From assembly GCA_963695855.1 (NCBI GenBank), contig CAVOHZ010000008.1, forward strand, positions 512,001-576,000: a stretch of DNA of 64,000 nucleotides. Reading direction: 5' to 3'. Positions 1 through 11,125 of this stretch are shown here, one piece after another. Position numbers and translations under genes: made by a program. Numbering within the stretch: position 1 is the first letter of the stretch; every line of letters starts with the position of its first letter. The notes beneath the pieces are model-generated. The model ran no database searches and was not told the DNA's origin. It saw only the letters and a list, made by a program, of their open reading frames with translations. The DNA is from an uncultured Nitrososphaerales archaeon (lineage in GTDB: Archaea; Thermoproteota; Nitrososphaeria; Nitrososphaerales; Nitrososphaeraceae).

Positions 1-210
1 TGGATATTTACATTTTCAACCTGATACTGTTTGATCATGTCATTTTCTAGTAACACTTAATTCGTGTATATGATAGGGCTAATATATAATACATTAGTTT
101 ATAGTATTATCAATCACATCTTTATATTATAGATAGTTTGTTGTGAAAATACGACCTATTCTTAACATCGAATAAAATCATTAAAAATTATAAATTAAAA
201 CAATATTTAT

Positions 211-591
211 ATGATTAACCTATCTATTAATGATCAAATGGATTTTAATTCGCTTACCAAGGATATTTTGAATCTGGATTCAAAGGTTCGGTTTGCTGCC
301 GTTTGCGATGATTCTGGTGACATAAAATATGGTGGTCAAAGAGAAGGGGTGATTAATCTGCTATCCACTGAAGAGACAAAAAGATCAAATCTACAAGCAC
401 TCGCTAGGTGGTCATTACGTAATTCGTTGAGCGGAAAAATTGGAAAAGGACAATATGCCATGGCAGTTTATGAAAAGATTAAGCGTATAACGATCCCATT
501 AGAGAACGATCATCTTCTCCTGGTAACAATGGAAACAGACTCTAATCATGATAAGGTAATAAATGACATATTATCTTTAATCAAAAAATAA
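211..591 (+). CDS. Thaumarchaeal conserved hypothetical protein (roadblock/profilin-like, DUF6659-type)
   Basis: 126-aa ORF with 'ILNLDSKVRFAAVCD..G...GGQREG' and 'YEKIKRITIPL', a pattern typical of this expanded Nitrososphaerota family. Confidence 0.65.
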   Translation: MINLSINDQMDFNSLTKDILNLDSKVRFAAVCDDSGDIKYGGQREGVINLLSTEETKRSNLQALARWSLRNSLSGKIGKGQYAMAVYEKIKRITIPLENDHLLLVTMETDSNHDKVINDILSLIKK

Positions 592-636
592 TAAAATCTA
601 TCTTAAATATTTTTTTTAGTTTTTTTTAGGTATTAG

Positions 637-1065
637 TTAATACTTCCCATAAGGCCCTGTTAACCTCCCATAAACTTCACTATCTTTTTCTTTTGAAGAT
701 GTTGATCCAATTCCACCCATACCACCACTATAATTACCGATAATTTCTAAAACATCTTCTGGTTCAGACAACTCGGCAAGCAACTCTAGGGTTAGACGGT
801 GGTTTGTCACATAATGTGTTCCCCTATCTTGTATTGATGGAGCCATCCCTGTCTTTCTTATTATATATTCTCTTTTAGCATCTTCATCAATTCCAGATTT
901 TGTAAATATCTCTACCATGTAAAAAGGTGCATATTCTTGCCCTTTTTGTTCTCTATGTAACAAATCGTTAATTAGTCTTGGATCAACTTTAGGTAAATAG
1001 GTCTCGAACAATGTTTGTAATCCTAGATAAGCTCTCCTTATCTCTTGTGTACCTGTCATAGGCAT
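637..1065 (-). CDS. Conserved hypothetical protein
   Basis: 142-aa ORF of normal composition, convergent with the previous gene across T-tracts at 610-628. Confidence 0.7.
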   Translation of the reverse strand: MPMTGTQEIRRAYLGLQTLFETYLPKVDPRLINDLLHREQKGQEYAPFYMVEIFTKSGIDEDAKREYIIRKTGMAPSIQDRGTHYVTNHRLTLELLAELSEPEDVLEIIGNYSGGMGGIGSTSSKEKDSEVYGRLTGPYGKY

Positions 1066-1218
1066 GATATGCTATAAATAGTATATGAGCATTTCTAATT
1101 TTTATAATTCTACAATTTTAGCTAGTAAAATTTTCTCTGACACAATTATAGATTAAAAGTATTTTATAATTCAAATTTTATCATTTTATATATTCAATTC
1201 TGAATATATGAATTACCT

Positions 1219-1821
1219 ATGCGAATAAAATGGATTATAGGATTGATCGTAATTGTTGGTATAGCTATTGGCTTTTACACGTTATCTCCACTTTTTATAA
1301 ACAAGGAAGTTGAAGAACAGATACCAGATAACCTTGCGATTGATGCTTATTATAAATTTCAATCACTAGATGATGTTGAACGTAGTAATATCGCTTCGGA
1401 GATGACAGACAGAGAAAAAAATATTCTTATGATTGGAGCTAAGGAAACCAACAAAGAAATCAATGAAGAAATGTCTAAATTTATGGACAATTTATCGTTT
1501 ACCAGAAATCTAGAAGGAACCTTTAGTGGGGTTGGTGATGGTATTCATAATGTGGATGGGATAGCAAAAATTCTTACACTTGTTGATGGATCAAAAGTAT
1601 TAAGGTTGGAAAATTTCAAATCAACTAACGGTCCTGATCTACACGTATATTTGTCAACTGATAAGATGGCTTCCAATTTTATGGATTTAGGTAGACTAAA
1701 AGGAAATATTGGCAAACAAAATTATCAAGTTCCTGATGACACTGATCTGTCAAAATATAATAATGTTCTAATTTGGTGCAAGGCATTTTCTGTTCTATTT
1801 GGTAATGCACAACTAGTTTAG
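1219..1821 (+). CDS. DM13 domain membrane-anchored protein
   Basis: N-terminal TM segment; C-terminal 'LRLENFKSTNGPDLHVYLS...LGRLKGNIGKQNY...YNNVLIWCKAFSVLFG' DM13 signature. Confidence 0.9.
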   Translation: MRIKWIIGLIVIVGIAIGFYTLSPLFINKEVEEQIPDNLAIDAYYKFQSLDDVERSNIASEMTDREKNILMIGAKETNKEINEEMSKFMDNLSFTRNLEGTFSGVGDGIHNVDGIAKILTLVDGSKVLRLENFKSTNGPDLHVYLSTDKMASNFMDLGRLKGNIGKQNYQVPDDTDLSKYNNVLIWCKAFSVLFGNAQLV

Positions 1822-1985
1822 ATGCTGAATCATTAAATTGACTGCTTTATCTTAAAAATATGTCTTGTTACACAGCTAGCTATTCCCCACACCTTTAGCT
1901 AACGTATTATAGACATAAATCGAGATTTACTGCAGAAATCTCTTCTAAAGAAGGAGAGATTATTTCATATTGGCCTTATAGATAA

Positions 1986-3173
1986 CTGAGAGTGGGTCAT
2001 AATTCATTAAACGAATATTGTAATGTTAACAATAGTATATACTCAATCCTTATGTTCCTAACATGTATTTGATTGCTCTGGGATTATCCTTGTTGGTTTT
2101 ACAGTTGTAGTATACAAGAATCTGGTATAGCAAAACAGATAGTAGTACTATAACACAGCCCTTGGTGTATCCTCGTACAGGTAATGGATCTATCCTGAAC
2201 GCGGATTTGATATGTTGTATCAACGGCTCAATTGATATACTTCTCAAGGAATAGATAGCCTGTCCAATATTCGATTCATAAAATTCAACTAATTTTATCC
2301 GGTCAGCAGATGTATTTTCATATCTTTTTACTGGACACACCAATTGAAATCCCATATCTGTACTGAGATCATATAATTTATGATCATCGTATCCAGGATC
2401 TGCAGACATGAATAATGTTCTTTTTATAATCCTAAAAGGAATACTTGCTGTCAACATACTGTATATTTGATTGTCAGGTATGTTGGCAGTTGTAAAATCT
2501 GCTGCCAAAGGTACAATGATAGAACCAGTACTAGAAGATATCATATGTAATTTGTATCCAAATATCCAACCTTTTGTATGACTGAATCCCCACACTGCAT
2601 CAGTATCAATACCGGAACGTGGTACTACTTTTTTCTTTATAGATGATTTATGCCAGACATGACCTTTAGCCTTTACAAGTGTACTGTCTGTTGAAAGAAC
2701 AGATGGATCGATTATTTTATCGTGAACAAAAATATCACTCATTATAGTTATTCTGTTTTTAATATCATTGGATATTGTGACAAGGCGTCTATCAAATGTT
2801 CTTCTGCTAGGTACTCTGTATAGCCCACATACTTTCATTACCTTTTTGTTATACGATAGATCCATTGCAAGGTATTCATGCAATGCTCTGTTAGAATCCA
2901 ATCTAAACCAAATACGTACTATAAAACATCTCAAGATAACAGTAGGAGAATAGACATATGGTCTACCACGTCCCCCTCCTCCTCCTCCTCCTCTATTATT
3001 TTTATGTGGCCAACGAATCAAACCAATCAAATACAAAATACTAATTAGAATAGATGTTGATCTTTTCTGCTGTGCTAGTTTGTTGGTTTGGATGATAGTT
3101 ACACCAAAACATCATACACCAATAAACTAGCTTTATTCGTTATGAAAATGGAATAATTATGACCCAGCCTCAG
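1986..3173 (-). mobile_element. Insertion sequence (IS4/IS5-like DDE_Tnp_1 type), apparently complete
   Basis: TIRs CTGAGAGTGGGTCATAATT and CTGAGGCTGGGTCATAATT (reverse complement of right end), 17/19 match; flanked by ATAA at 1982-1985 and 3174-3177. Confidence 0.85.
2050..3036 (-). CDS. DDE transposase
   Basis: 'STDSTL', 'GYKLH', 'ADPGYDD' and 'YSLRSISIEPL' DDE motifs; true start may be slightly upstream. Confidence 0.85.
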   Translation of the reverse strand: MYLIGLIRWPHKNNRGGGGGGGRGRPYVYSPTVILRCFIVRIWFRLDSNRALHEYLAMDLSYNKKVMKVCGLYRVPSRRTFDRRLVTISNDIKNRITIMSDIFVHDKIIDPSVLSTDSTLVKAKGHVWHKSSIKKKVVPRSGIDTDAVWGFSHTKGWIFGYKLHMISSSTGSIIVPLAADFTTANIPDNQIYSMLTASIPFRIIKRTLFMSADPGYDDHKLYDLSTDMGFQLVCPVKRYENTSADRIKLVEFYESNIGQAIYSLRSISIEPLIQHIKSAFRIDPLPVRGYTKGCVIVLLSVLLYQILVYYNCKTNKDNPRAIKYMLGT

Positions 3174-3560
3174 ATAACTAGAATATTGAATTACAAAAAA
3201 TAAAGAAGTACTTTTTTTGCATTAAATACTTAAATTGTAGTATATAAAAAAAGAAATGCTCTGAACAAAACTAGAAATTTAAAGAACGAAATTAAAGATA
3301 CTTTATTCCAAAAACGGATAGGCCATCAAAAGGAAATTGAAAAATAATCGAAAAACCATATTGTTGAATTAGAAATTTTTCTAAATCTTTACATAAAATC
3401 ATACAACAACTATATATTCAATTATTCAGAGATTTTTTAAGAATCATTGGTATATCTTATACATGTTCTATATTTTTGTTATATAACTAAATCTGCGTTA
3501 TTAATCTAAATCACTAAGAATTAATAATCTTAATATAACATATTTTAACATTACACAAAA

Positions 3561-4154
3561 ATGACTAAAAAAGCCTCCTCCATTTCTAATCAAGTTTCCA
3601 ATCCATTTAATTACCTTCCAAAAGCAATGTTCTTCACAAAAGGAAAGGGAATTCATAAAGATCAATTAACCAGTTTCGAGCTCGCATTACGTGATGCAAA
3701 AATTTCTGATCTTAATCTTGTTACAGTTTCAAGTATTAAACCTCCTAAATGTAAGATTCTTAGTATTCAGGAAGGAAGAAAATATCTTTTGTCAGGACAA
3801 ATTACTTTTGCTGTCATGGCTCGATCTTCTACTAACGAACCAAACAGACTTATCGCAGCTTCAGTTGCCCTTGCAAATCCAAAAGACGAGGGAAAATACG
3901 GATATTTATCAGAACACCATTCTACAGGAGAAACAGGTCAAAAAGCTAGTGATTATGCAGAAGATATGGCAATGGAAATGTTAGCTACAACTATGGGTCT
4001 TCCAAATGATGAATCTCTAAAATGGGATGAAAAAGAAGAACAGTGGCGGTTGTCCGGAAGAATTTACAAGACACAAAATTATACCCAATCTGCAGAAGGT
4101 CATAAGGATGGACTATGGACTACAGTATTAAGTGCTGCAGTTTTTATTCTTTAA
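3561..4154 (+). CDS. pdaD: Pyruvoyl-dependent arginine decarboxylase
   Basis: 'SFELALRDAKISDLNLVTVSSIKPP' with SS autocleavage site; 'GYLSEHH'. Confidence 0.92.
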   Translation: MTKKASSISNQVSNPFNYLPKAMFFTKGKGIHKDQLTSFELALRDAKISDLNLVTVSSIKPPKCKILSIQEGRKYLLSGQITFAVMARSSTNEPNRLIAASVALANPKDEGKYGYLSEHHSTGETGQKASDYAEDMAMEMLATTMGLPNDESLKWDEKEEQWRLSGRIYKTQNYTQSAEGHKDGLWTTVLSAAVFIL

Positions 4155-4372
4155 TTATGTTATTTCAATGAAACTTCCATGATTTATTTTTTAAATTCAT
4201 GTTATCACAATATTTTTATATAACAAAATAATAAGGATCAACCTATTTTTTTTAAAATAGATTAACCGTAAAAATTTGGAACAAAAACTTCAAATTTTGT
4301 TTACACGGTAATTGCTAACTATTATTATAAATATTATCTGACTTTCATAAATAATGTGGGAACCATCATGAT

Positions 4373-5983
4373 GTGAGAAAAAGAGTTCCATCATTTAAAT
4401 ATTTGATTTATCACTCTACAATATTGGAAGATGATAACCCTGATAATTATGGTATATCAAATTTTAAAAAAAATAGCTCTAATAACGTGATTCCAAGGTC
4501 AGCTTGGATAACCTTATTCATTCTAGGTTCAATTGATTTAATCTCTACAGCTAGTGAAACTATGATTATACCTGCAATCCCTGATATTATCGAGGATTTC
4601 GGTTTAACCTATTCAAATTCTTCATGGATATTGAGCTCCTTTCTAATATCTGGTGCTGTAATGATTCCTATCGCAGCAAAATTATCAATTATTTATGGAA
4701 GGAAAAAAGTTCTCTTGTTACTTATTATGTTATACATTATTGGAACACTTTCTGCTGGATCTTCACCAAATATGGTATTCCTGATAATTTCAAGAATTAT
4801 TCAAGGATTGAGTCTGGCGATATTTCCCATAGCCTTTAGCATCATTCAAAACGTCTTTCCTAAAGATAAACTTGCTATTGGTCAAGGAATAATCATTGCT
4901 CTTTTTTCATCAGGATCAGTGATAGGTTTAGTCATTGGAGGGTATATCATAGAGATTTTTGGCTGGCAGACAATATTCTTTACGATTCTACCTTTTGTTG
5001 TTTTTATCGTTCTTTTTATTTACAAAAAAATAGATGTAAAAGACACGCTACCCAAACCAATATTAATAGTAGACCAAAATGATGCCATTAATAATAATGA
5101 CAAAACGAAAAATGAATTTAATCGTATTCGTAAGATTAAAGATTCATATCTACAACTTTTAGACTTGAGGGGAACTATTTCACTTGCTATTTTGATTTCC
5201 TCGTTTTTGATTATTTTAACAAGTCTGGAAAAAGCAAGTTTCAGTTCTGACTCTTTTATTGTACCTACATTTATCTTGCTAGCAATTTCCTGTTTTATTT
5301 TATTTATTTGGTTTGAAAGGAAGACGAATTATCCTACTATCCCATTAAAAATTTTTAAAGACAAGACACTTGTCTATACTAATATTTTTTTGATGATCTC
5401 TGGATTGACAACATTTATGATCTATCAAATGTTACCAATTCTAGTTCAGAATCCAGACCCAGTTGGCTTTCACGGTAATGCAATTACAGTCGTGCAGATA
5501 CAACTTCCTTTTATGATTTCTCTTTTTATTATATCCACTTTATCTGGATTTATAGTTTCTAGATGGGGAAACATAAAATCTTCTATTCTAGGTAGTATTA
5601 TTGGATTTATAGGATTCTTAGCTATTTTGCTATTTCATGATTCAGAAATATCGATAGGGTCAAGTTTAGTTATTGTAGGGGTTGGAATCTCTTTGATGCA
5701 GGTGGGTGGATTTAATATAATTACTACATATACTCCAAAGAAATTCTCTGATATTTCTGTTGGAGTGACTTCATTGCTTTTTATTGTAGGTATGTCAATA
5801 GGTCCAGCAATCTCTGCATCTTTTCTACAAAATTTTTTGGTTCAGATAGGAGAAATTGGGATATATCCATCTTTACAAGCATATGATCTAATATTTTTTA
5901 CAGCTGTTATGCTGTCTTTGATACCACTAATGTTAATATTTTTGATTAAAAAGAGAATTATTAAACATGTCAAATCTATTTAA
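4373..5983 (+). CDS. MFS transporter (DHA2-like, 14 TM)
   Basis: Multiple TM helices; MFS motif 'AKLSIIYGRKK' and 'RIIQG'; start position uncertain. Confidence 0.88.
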   Translation: MRKRVPSFKYLIYHSTILEDDNPDNYGISNFKKNSSNNVIPRSAWITLFILGSIDLISTASETMIIPAIPDIIEDFGLTYSNSSWILSSFLISGAVMIPIAAKLSIIYGRKKVLLLLIMLYIIGTLSAGSSPNMVFLIISRIIQGLSLAIFPIAFSIIQNVFPKDKLAIGQGIIIALFSSGSVIGLVIGGYIIEIFGWQTIFFTILPFVVFIVLFIYKKIDVKDTLPKPILIVDQNDAINNNDKTKNEFNRIRKIKDSYLQLLDLRGTISLAILISSFLIILTSLEKASFSSDSFIVPTFILLAISCFILFIWFERKTNYPTIPLKIFKDKTLVYTNIFLMISGLTTFMIYQMLPILVQNPDPVGFHGNAITVVQIQLPFMISLFIISTLSGFIVSRWGNIKSSILGSIIGFIGFLAILLFHDSEISIGSSLVIVGVGISLMQVGGFNIITTYTPKKFSDISVGVTSLLFIVGMSIGPAISASFLQNFLVQIGEIGIYPSLQAYDLIFFTAVMLSLIPLMLIFLIKKRIIKHVKSI

Positions 5984-6118
5984 TTTTACCTCAGATCGTC
6001 CATTACAATGAATATAAATTCTTTGGTGTATCTTTTAATTATTAAAATCCTTTTTCAAAATTCTATACCAAAATTAATTGGAAAAACTTTGATACATTTA
6101 CATGATACTTTGTTATTA

Positions 6119-6472
6119 ATGAGTCAGAAACTATTGGAATTTGATTTTCCATCTTCAGCCGAATTAGGAGATATGGGTAGGAAAAATAGAATTGATGTTT
6201 TTCGTAGATATTTTGCGACTAGTCGCTATAATAGATTACTAATTCAGATCGCATTAGTTCGATCAGCGCTAGATAAATCCTCTATACAATCTGTTTCAGA
6301 CTTGGAATGTCAACATAATCAAGATTTTATAAGAATATCGCAGATGATGGGTCAACTTGATTATCATAATGAGTTTCTAGAAGCAGTAAGAGAGGAAGAA
6401 ACTGCATTAGAAAAAATAATAGAAGCATATGATAGAAAAATTAATCAAACTACGTCACGAAAATACAGATGA
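6119..6472 (+). CDS. Conserved hypothetical protein
   Basis: Part of ORF 6008-6472; ATG at 6119 (MSQKLL) is the more plausible start. Confidence 0.6.
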   Translation: MSQKLLEFDFPSSAELGDMGRKNRIDVFRRYFATSRYNRLLIQIALVRSALDKSSIQSVSDLECQHNQDFIRISQMMGQLDYHNEFLEAVREEETALEKIIEAYDRKINQTTSRKYR

Positions 6473-7029
6473 TCTATGTTGTTCCTCATAGTTATATCTA
6501 TTTTTTTGTTACCATAAATGCATTATCATGATTCTCTGATGATTTCAGTATTTTTTTAAATTACTTTTGCAATAAAAAAAAGTAGAATAAAAACAATATA
6601 TCAAAAATAAGAGAACTGGTTCTAAAATCAAAGAGATTGGGGTATATATCATGTATGTGTATTACAATAGTTAGCTGCATCATTAGCATTTTCTTGATAG
6701 AAACAGAAAAAATCTTTAAAAAAATAACGAAATAATATTTTTGAGGATATAAGTTATATCCAACTTGACACAATTTTTATGTGTTCTAACTAAAAAACTA
6801 AAGTGGATAATGTAGTGTAAACAAAATTTATTATATCTGTTATAAGGAATTTGTCCACCTTGCAAAAAAGTTCTCTGTAATCTATATTTGACGGGTTTCA
6901 CTTTTTTATTCTATTTATTACTAATTTAAAGACGTATTTGACTATCTTTTTAAATCTCTTATTTTACTAAACTGGAAGTTTCTTTCCTTTCAGACCAACG
7001 AAATAATTATACAGGATACTTTCAATTCT

Positions 7030-7350
7030 TCATTGTAGAGGGTTGTTTGTATGACCAATAATTCTGTCATTTTTCATAATAATACAACAAGCACATTTAT
7101 TGTGTAGACAGATTTCGGAGTCATTATGGGCACAAATTGGACATACACATTCAGAACCTTTTTTTTTTGTTGAAGTATATTTATTTTTATTGTAGAAATA
7201 ATACCATGATAACATGAGAGATGAACCAAGTAAAAGAAAGAGTACAGATACCAATATTCCCGATTTTAGTATAACTAGTATGGCACTAGTTGCTAAAGTA
7301 GCTACGCCAGTTAGTAAAGGCCACAATGGAGTTTGGGAGTTGTTACTCAT
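7030..7350 (-). CDS. Small two-TM protein with Cys-rich C-terminus
   Basis: Two hydrophobic helices followed by CVCPICAH...C....CACC. Confidence 0.7.
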   Translation of the reverse strand: MSNNSQTPLWPLLTGVATLATSAILVILKSGILVSVLFLLLGSSLMLSWYYFYNKNKYTSTKKKGSECVCPICAHNDSEICLHNKCACCIIMKNDRIIGHTNNPLQ

Positions 7351-7378
7351 TGTTATAGTATTGATGTATTTTTATATC

Positions 7379-7645
7379 TTATTTATATGTAGTAACTTCC
7401 TGGTATGTTCCAGTTTCTATCTCTTCAGTATCTTTAGATTGCTTTCTCTTCATGCGTTTTTTTCTAACTTCTTTGAGGATTTCCTCAATTTCCTCTTTAG
7501 ATAGTTTACTGATCCTTGAATCACATTCTAGTCCTTTAGAATCTAAAACCTCTTCAGTTAAATTTAATATTTCTTCTTTGTTTTCTTTTTCTTCCTGTGT
7601 CAGCAAGTTATAACTCATAAATCTAAAAAATGCAAAATCACTCAT
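7379..7645 (-). CDS. Hypothetical charged protein
   Basis: 88-aa E/K-rich ORF, co-oriented 28 bp upstream of the Cys-rich gene. Confidence 0.55.
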   Translation of the reverse strand: MSDFAFFRFMSYNLLTQEEKENKEEILNLTEEVLDSKGLECDSRISKLSKEEIEEILKEVRKKRMKRKQSKDTEEIETGTYQEVTTYK

Positions 7646-8626
7646 TTCAGATATTTATTATACGTATATCTTGTAGTTAACTCTTTATCCTTTTTTATCA
7701 GTATAAAATAATTTTTTGTTCTATACGTTGTCAAAGAACAAAAACGGTCTTGACAAGGATCGAAACGTAAATGTAATATTCATATCAAGTAATGAAGGTG
7801 TCTAATATTTTGCGTTTGATATTTTTTTAAAAGCATTTCAAAAATTAATTAGTACTTCATTAAAACCAAGTGATATAGAAATATCATGCGGCACCTTACT
7901 AATGTCGTTAGCATTTCCAAACCCTTCTAACTTATCGTTAATCAAATCAAAACGATTTTCTGAGATTGGAGATAATTTAAAACACTGGCAAGAACAGAAA
8001 ACACCGCCAAGAACTGATGCTCTATTTGATTGAGAACCGTACCAAAAAAAAATTTTTGATTATTGGTACTGTGGAGCTAACACATATAATTTGTCACATA
8101 ATAGATTCGCATATCTATATCATCTTCAATTGGTCCCAATGAACTCTTAAATGTTGAATTTAGGTTTAGATTTGTTTTCTCTGGAAAGGCAGATTTTTTT
8201 TGATATGGAAGCTGATTAATATTATCTGAACATTTGTGTTGAAATTGTATTATTTTAAAATTTTCATTATTGGCTAAATACTCTCTGAATAAAATAACTT
8301 AACCTAAAGTCTCATAGTGTGTTTATTATTGCATTGTCAATTGACAGTATTGTGCCAGTAGCTGTATGAAATCTCATAGAAAGAGAATCTATTCTTAAAG
8401 CCGACATATCCGTGTTATCAAAGGTGTCACTGCAACAATAAATACCCTACAAAGGTTAATTCATAAAATTCTCCATCTCTCATTTCAATAGTGATACTTT
8501 AATATCTTTGGATAGGACACACTAACTAATTGAAATATTGTTCTGAATTTTCACTAAATTTATGCATTTCAGATCTCATAATTTATCTTATAATTAAATA
8601 TCTCTATTCTTAAAGAATATAATAGA

Positions 8627-9766
8627 ATGGAATTAATTAAAACCAAGATCCTTTTTGACGGTGTAAGCGAACAAAAAGATTGTTTTGTTGGAATAGAAAA
8701 GAATAACATAAAGTACGTTGGTAAAGAAAAGCCCCCTGGAAGACATGAAACCAGCTATGAATGTGGAGCTGTTACTCCTTCATTTATAGATGCACATAGT
8801 CATATTGGAATGGTCAGATCCGGAGAGCCAGCGGATGAGGAAGAATCTAATGAACATTTGGATTCCGTATTTCCGCTTGTCAATGCTTTAAATAGTGTGT
8901 ATATGGATGATCCATCCTTCAAAGAATCAGTTGAATCCGGAATCCTTTATTCAGTAGTTTTACCTGGAAGTGGAAATATAATAGGAGGAAAAGCAGTCCT
9001 CCTAAAAAATTATGTATCCAATATTAAAGACGCATTTATTTCTGACGTTGGAGTGAAAACCGCCTTAGGGTATAATCCAAGGAGTACCGAAAAATGGAAA
9101 GGCAACAGACCATCAACTAGGATGGGTTCTATAGCATTACTTAGAGATTACCTGTTAAAAGCCCAAAAAGCTACCAAACTTGTAAAGATGAAAAAAAAGG
9201 TTCCAGAAGAGTTAGAGCCATCAACAGAAATTTTCATAGATATTCTTTCTGGTAAAAATAAGTTGATGGTACATGTACATAAAGAGGATGATATCATGAT
9301 CTTGTTGAATTTAGTTAATGAGTTTAAAATAAAAGCGATTGCAAATCATTTATGTGATGTATATAATGAAAGCGTATTTTCAATGCTTCGATCCTTTTCA
9401 ATCCCAATAATTTATGGACCATTAGATTCTTTTCCTTATAAAGTAGAACTGAAACACGAAAGTTGGAGGAATGTTGAGAAGTTAATCAAGTCTAAAGCAA
9501 AATTCGCTTTAATGAGCGATCATCCTGTAATATTACAAAGAAATCTGTTCTATGGCTTGAGACATTTACTTCGCTTTGGTTTATCCAGGTCAGAGGCTAT
9601 TTCAAAGATCACTAAAGAACCAGCGGAAATAATTGAAGCAAGAAAATTAGGTCATATCTCACCCGGTTATACTGCATCTCTAACTTTATGGAACGGCGAT
9701 CCATTTTTAATGTCTAGTTACCCTAAAACTGTAATTGCAGAAGGAAAAATAGTATATAATGAATAA
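8627..9766 (+). CDS. Metal-dependent amidohydrolase (imidazolonepropionase-like family)
   Basis: 'PSFIDAHSHIG' HxH motif, 'VHVH', 'SDHPV', 'GHISPGYTASLTLW'. Confidence 0.9.
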   Translation: MELIKTKILFDGVSEQKDCFVGIEKNNIKYVGKEKPPGRHETSYECGAVTPSFIDAHSHIGMVRSGEPADEEESNEHLDSVFPLVNALNSVYMDDPSFKESVESGILYSVVLPGSGNIIGGKAVLLKNYVSNIKDAFISDVGVKTALGYNPRSTEKWKGNRPSTRMGSIALLRDYLLKAQKATKLVKMKKKVPEELEPSTEIFIDILSGKNKLMVHVHKEDDIMILLNLVNEFKIKAIANHLCDVYNESVFSMLRSFSIPIIYGPLDSFPYKVELKHESWRNVEKLIKSKAKFALMSDHPVILQRNLFYGLRHLLRFGLSRSEAISKITKEPAEIIEARKLGHISPGYTASLTLWNGDPFLMSSYPKTVIAEGKIVYNE

Positions 9767-10359
9767 AATATATTCAACATGTAATAGCCGTAGAGGCTCT
9801 GTTATTTTAGGAATGAAACAATAGATAACAAATATTTTAAATATGTTCTACATTTCATTTTAGCCAAATTCGATTTTTGCTTAAAAAATTGGTAAGTTTA
9901 CATCCATGAAAATCCCCATCTATATAGACATATTCTTACGTTCGTGTCAAAATTATATACCATATTGTCAATTTTCATACCTGCAAAACAAAACATAAAG
10001 AATAATCAAATCGTTTTTAGGCCATAACAGAGTTATGACATTTTGTATATTCTTATTTATTTTGATAAAAATGTTGATCTTGATATTTTTCCATAAATTT
10101 GAATTTTTTAAAATTTTTTTGATACTCTTATTTTATTTATGGATTTGTTACTATGTGTAGGTCAAATCGTTTCTAAATTTCTGATAGTAATTATCGATCG
10201 TACTATTTATACAATTGAGAAGTTATTTATCTTTAAATATCATAACACAATTATAAATTAAATTCGGTTTATTTATCGAGGTGGTTTCTCATTCGATTAA
10301 CATGATCTATTTTATTAGAAACATCGTTACTTATAATCATTAGATAATTTAGATACGTT

Positions 10360-11019
10360 CTATTTTATTGTTGACTTGATCATTATCCGTGTCGCAAATA
10401 TCTGTCTCAATTCGTCAATACTCATAATCATACCATAATATTCCTTGACATGTTCAATTGTTGTTTTGTAATGTTGAACGTTCGATGAGGCTGTAGCATC
10501 CGAAATTAGTATAACATCATATCCTCTGTTGAATCCATCTCTTAAGGATGTCTCAACACATATTGAGGTATCTATTCCGCAAAAAATCAATGTGTCGATG
10601 CCAATACTCCTTAGCCATACTTCAGTTTCAGTATCCTGAAATGCTGAGTCTCTCCTCTTAATTATTATATGATCTTTTGCGCTGGGTTTTATTTCTTCCA
10701 ATATCTTTGAATCCCATGTACCGCGTACGCATATAGGCCTTTTTTTGATTCTTTCTTCCCTGGATACTGGTAAAATACGATGAGTTTTTGTCAAAAGATC
10801 TATCCCTGAAGCTTCTCTAACAGCTTGAGTATAAAAAATTGGAATTTTAAATTGTCGACACAAGTCAATCAACTCTTTTATCTTCGGTACTACTTTTTGG
10901 TAATTAGATACATTCATACCAAGTAAATCATAAGAACCGCCCTCGCTAACAAATCCATTTTGAACATCTATTACTAGCAATGCTATATTTGCACCGGGGT
11001 AGAGATCCATTTGAGACAT
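10360..11019 (-). CDS. Isochorismatase-family cysteine hydrolase
   Basis: 'ALLVIDVQNGF', 'KRRDSAF', 'GIDTSICVETS' (D-K-C triad). Confidence 0.92.
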   Translation of the reverse strand: MSQMDLYPGANIALLVIDVQNGFVSEGGSYDLLGMNVSNYQKVVPKIKELIDLCRQFKIPIFYTQAVREASGIDLLTKTHRILPVSREERIKKRPICVRGTWDSKILEEIKPSAKDHIIIKRRDSAFQDTETEVWLRSIGIDTLIFCGIDTSICVETSLRDGFNRGYDVILISDATASSNVQHYKTTIEHVKEYYGMIMSIDELRQIFATRIMIKSTIK

Positions 11020-11125
11020 TATTTTTTATCTTGTATCAACGTACGGTATTGATATTTAATTGTAATTTAAAAATTATAAATATGATAGATTTATTGCTAG
11101 GACATCATTTATTCACTATTTCAAA

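Noticed and set aside
160-180. acatcgaataaaa upstream of the first gene, resembling an operator half-site
   Set aside because: Left arm absent and TATA spacing unclear; similar weak hits at ~38030, ~44578, ~52571 and ~55957 were also left uncalled
7650-8480. Long intergenic stretch that looks like decayed coding sequence
   Set aside because: Could not assign a family from the broken frames
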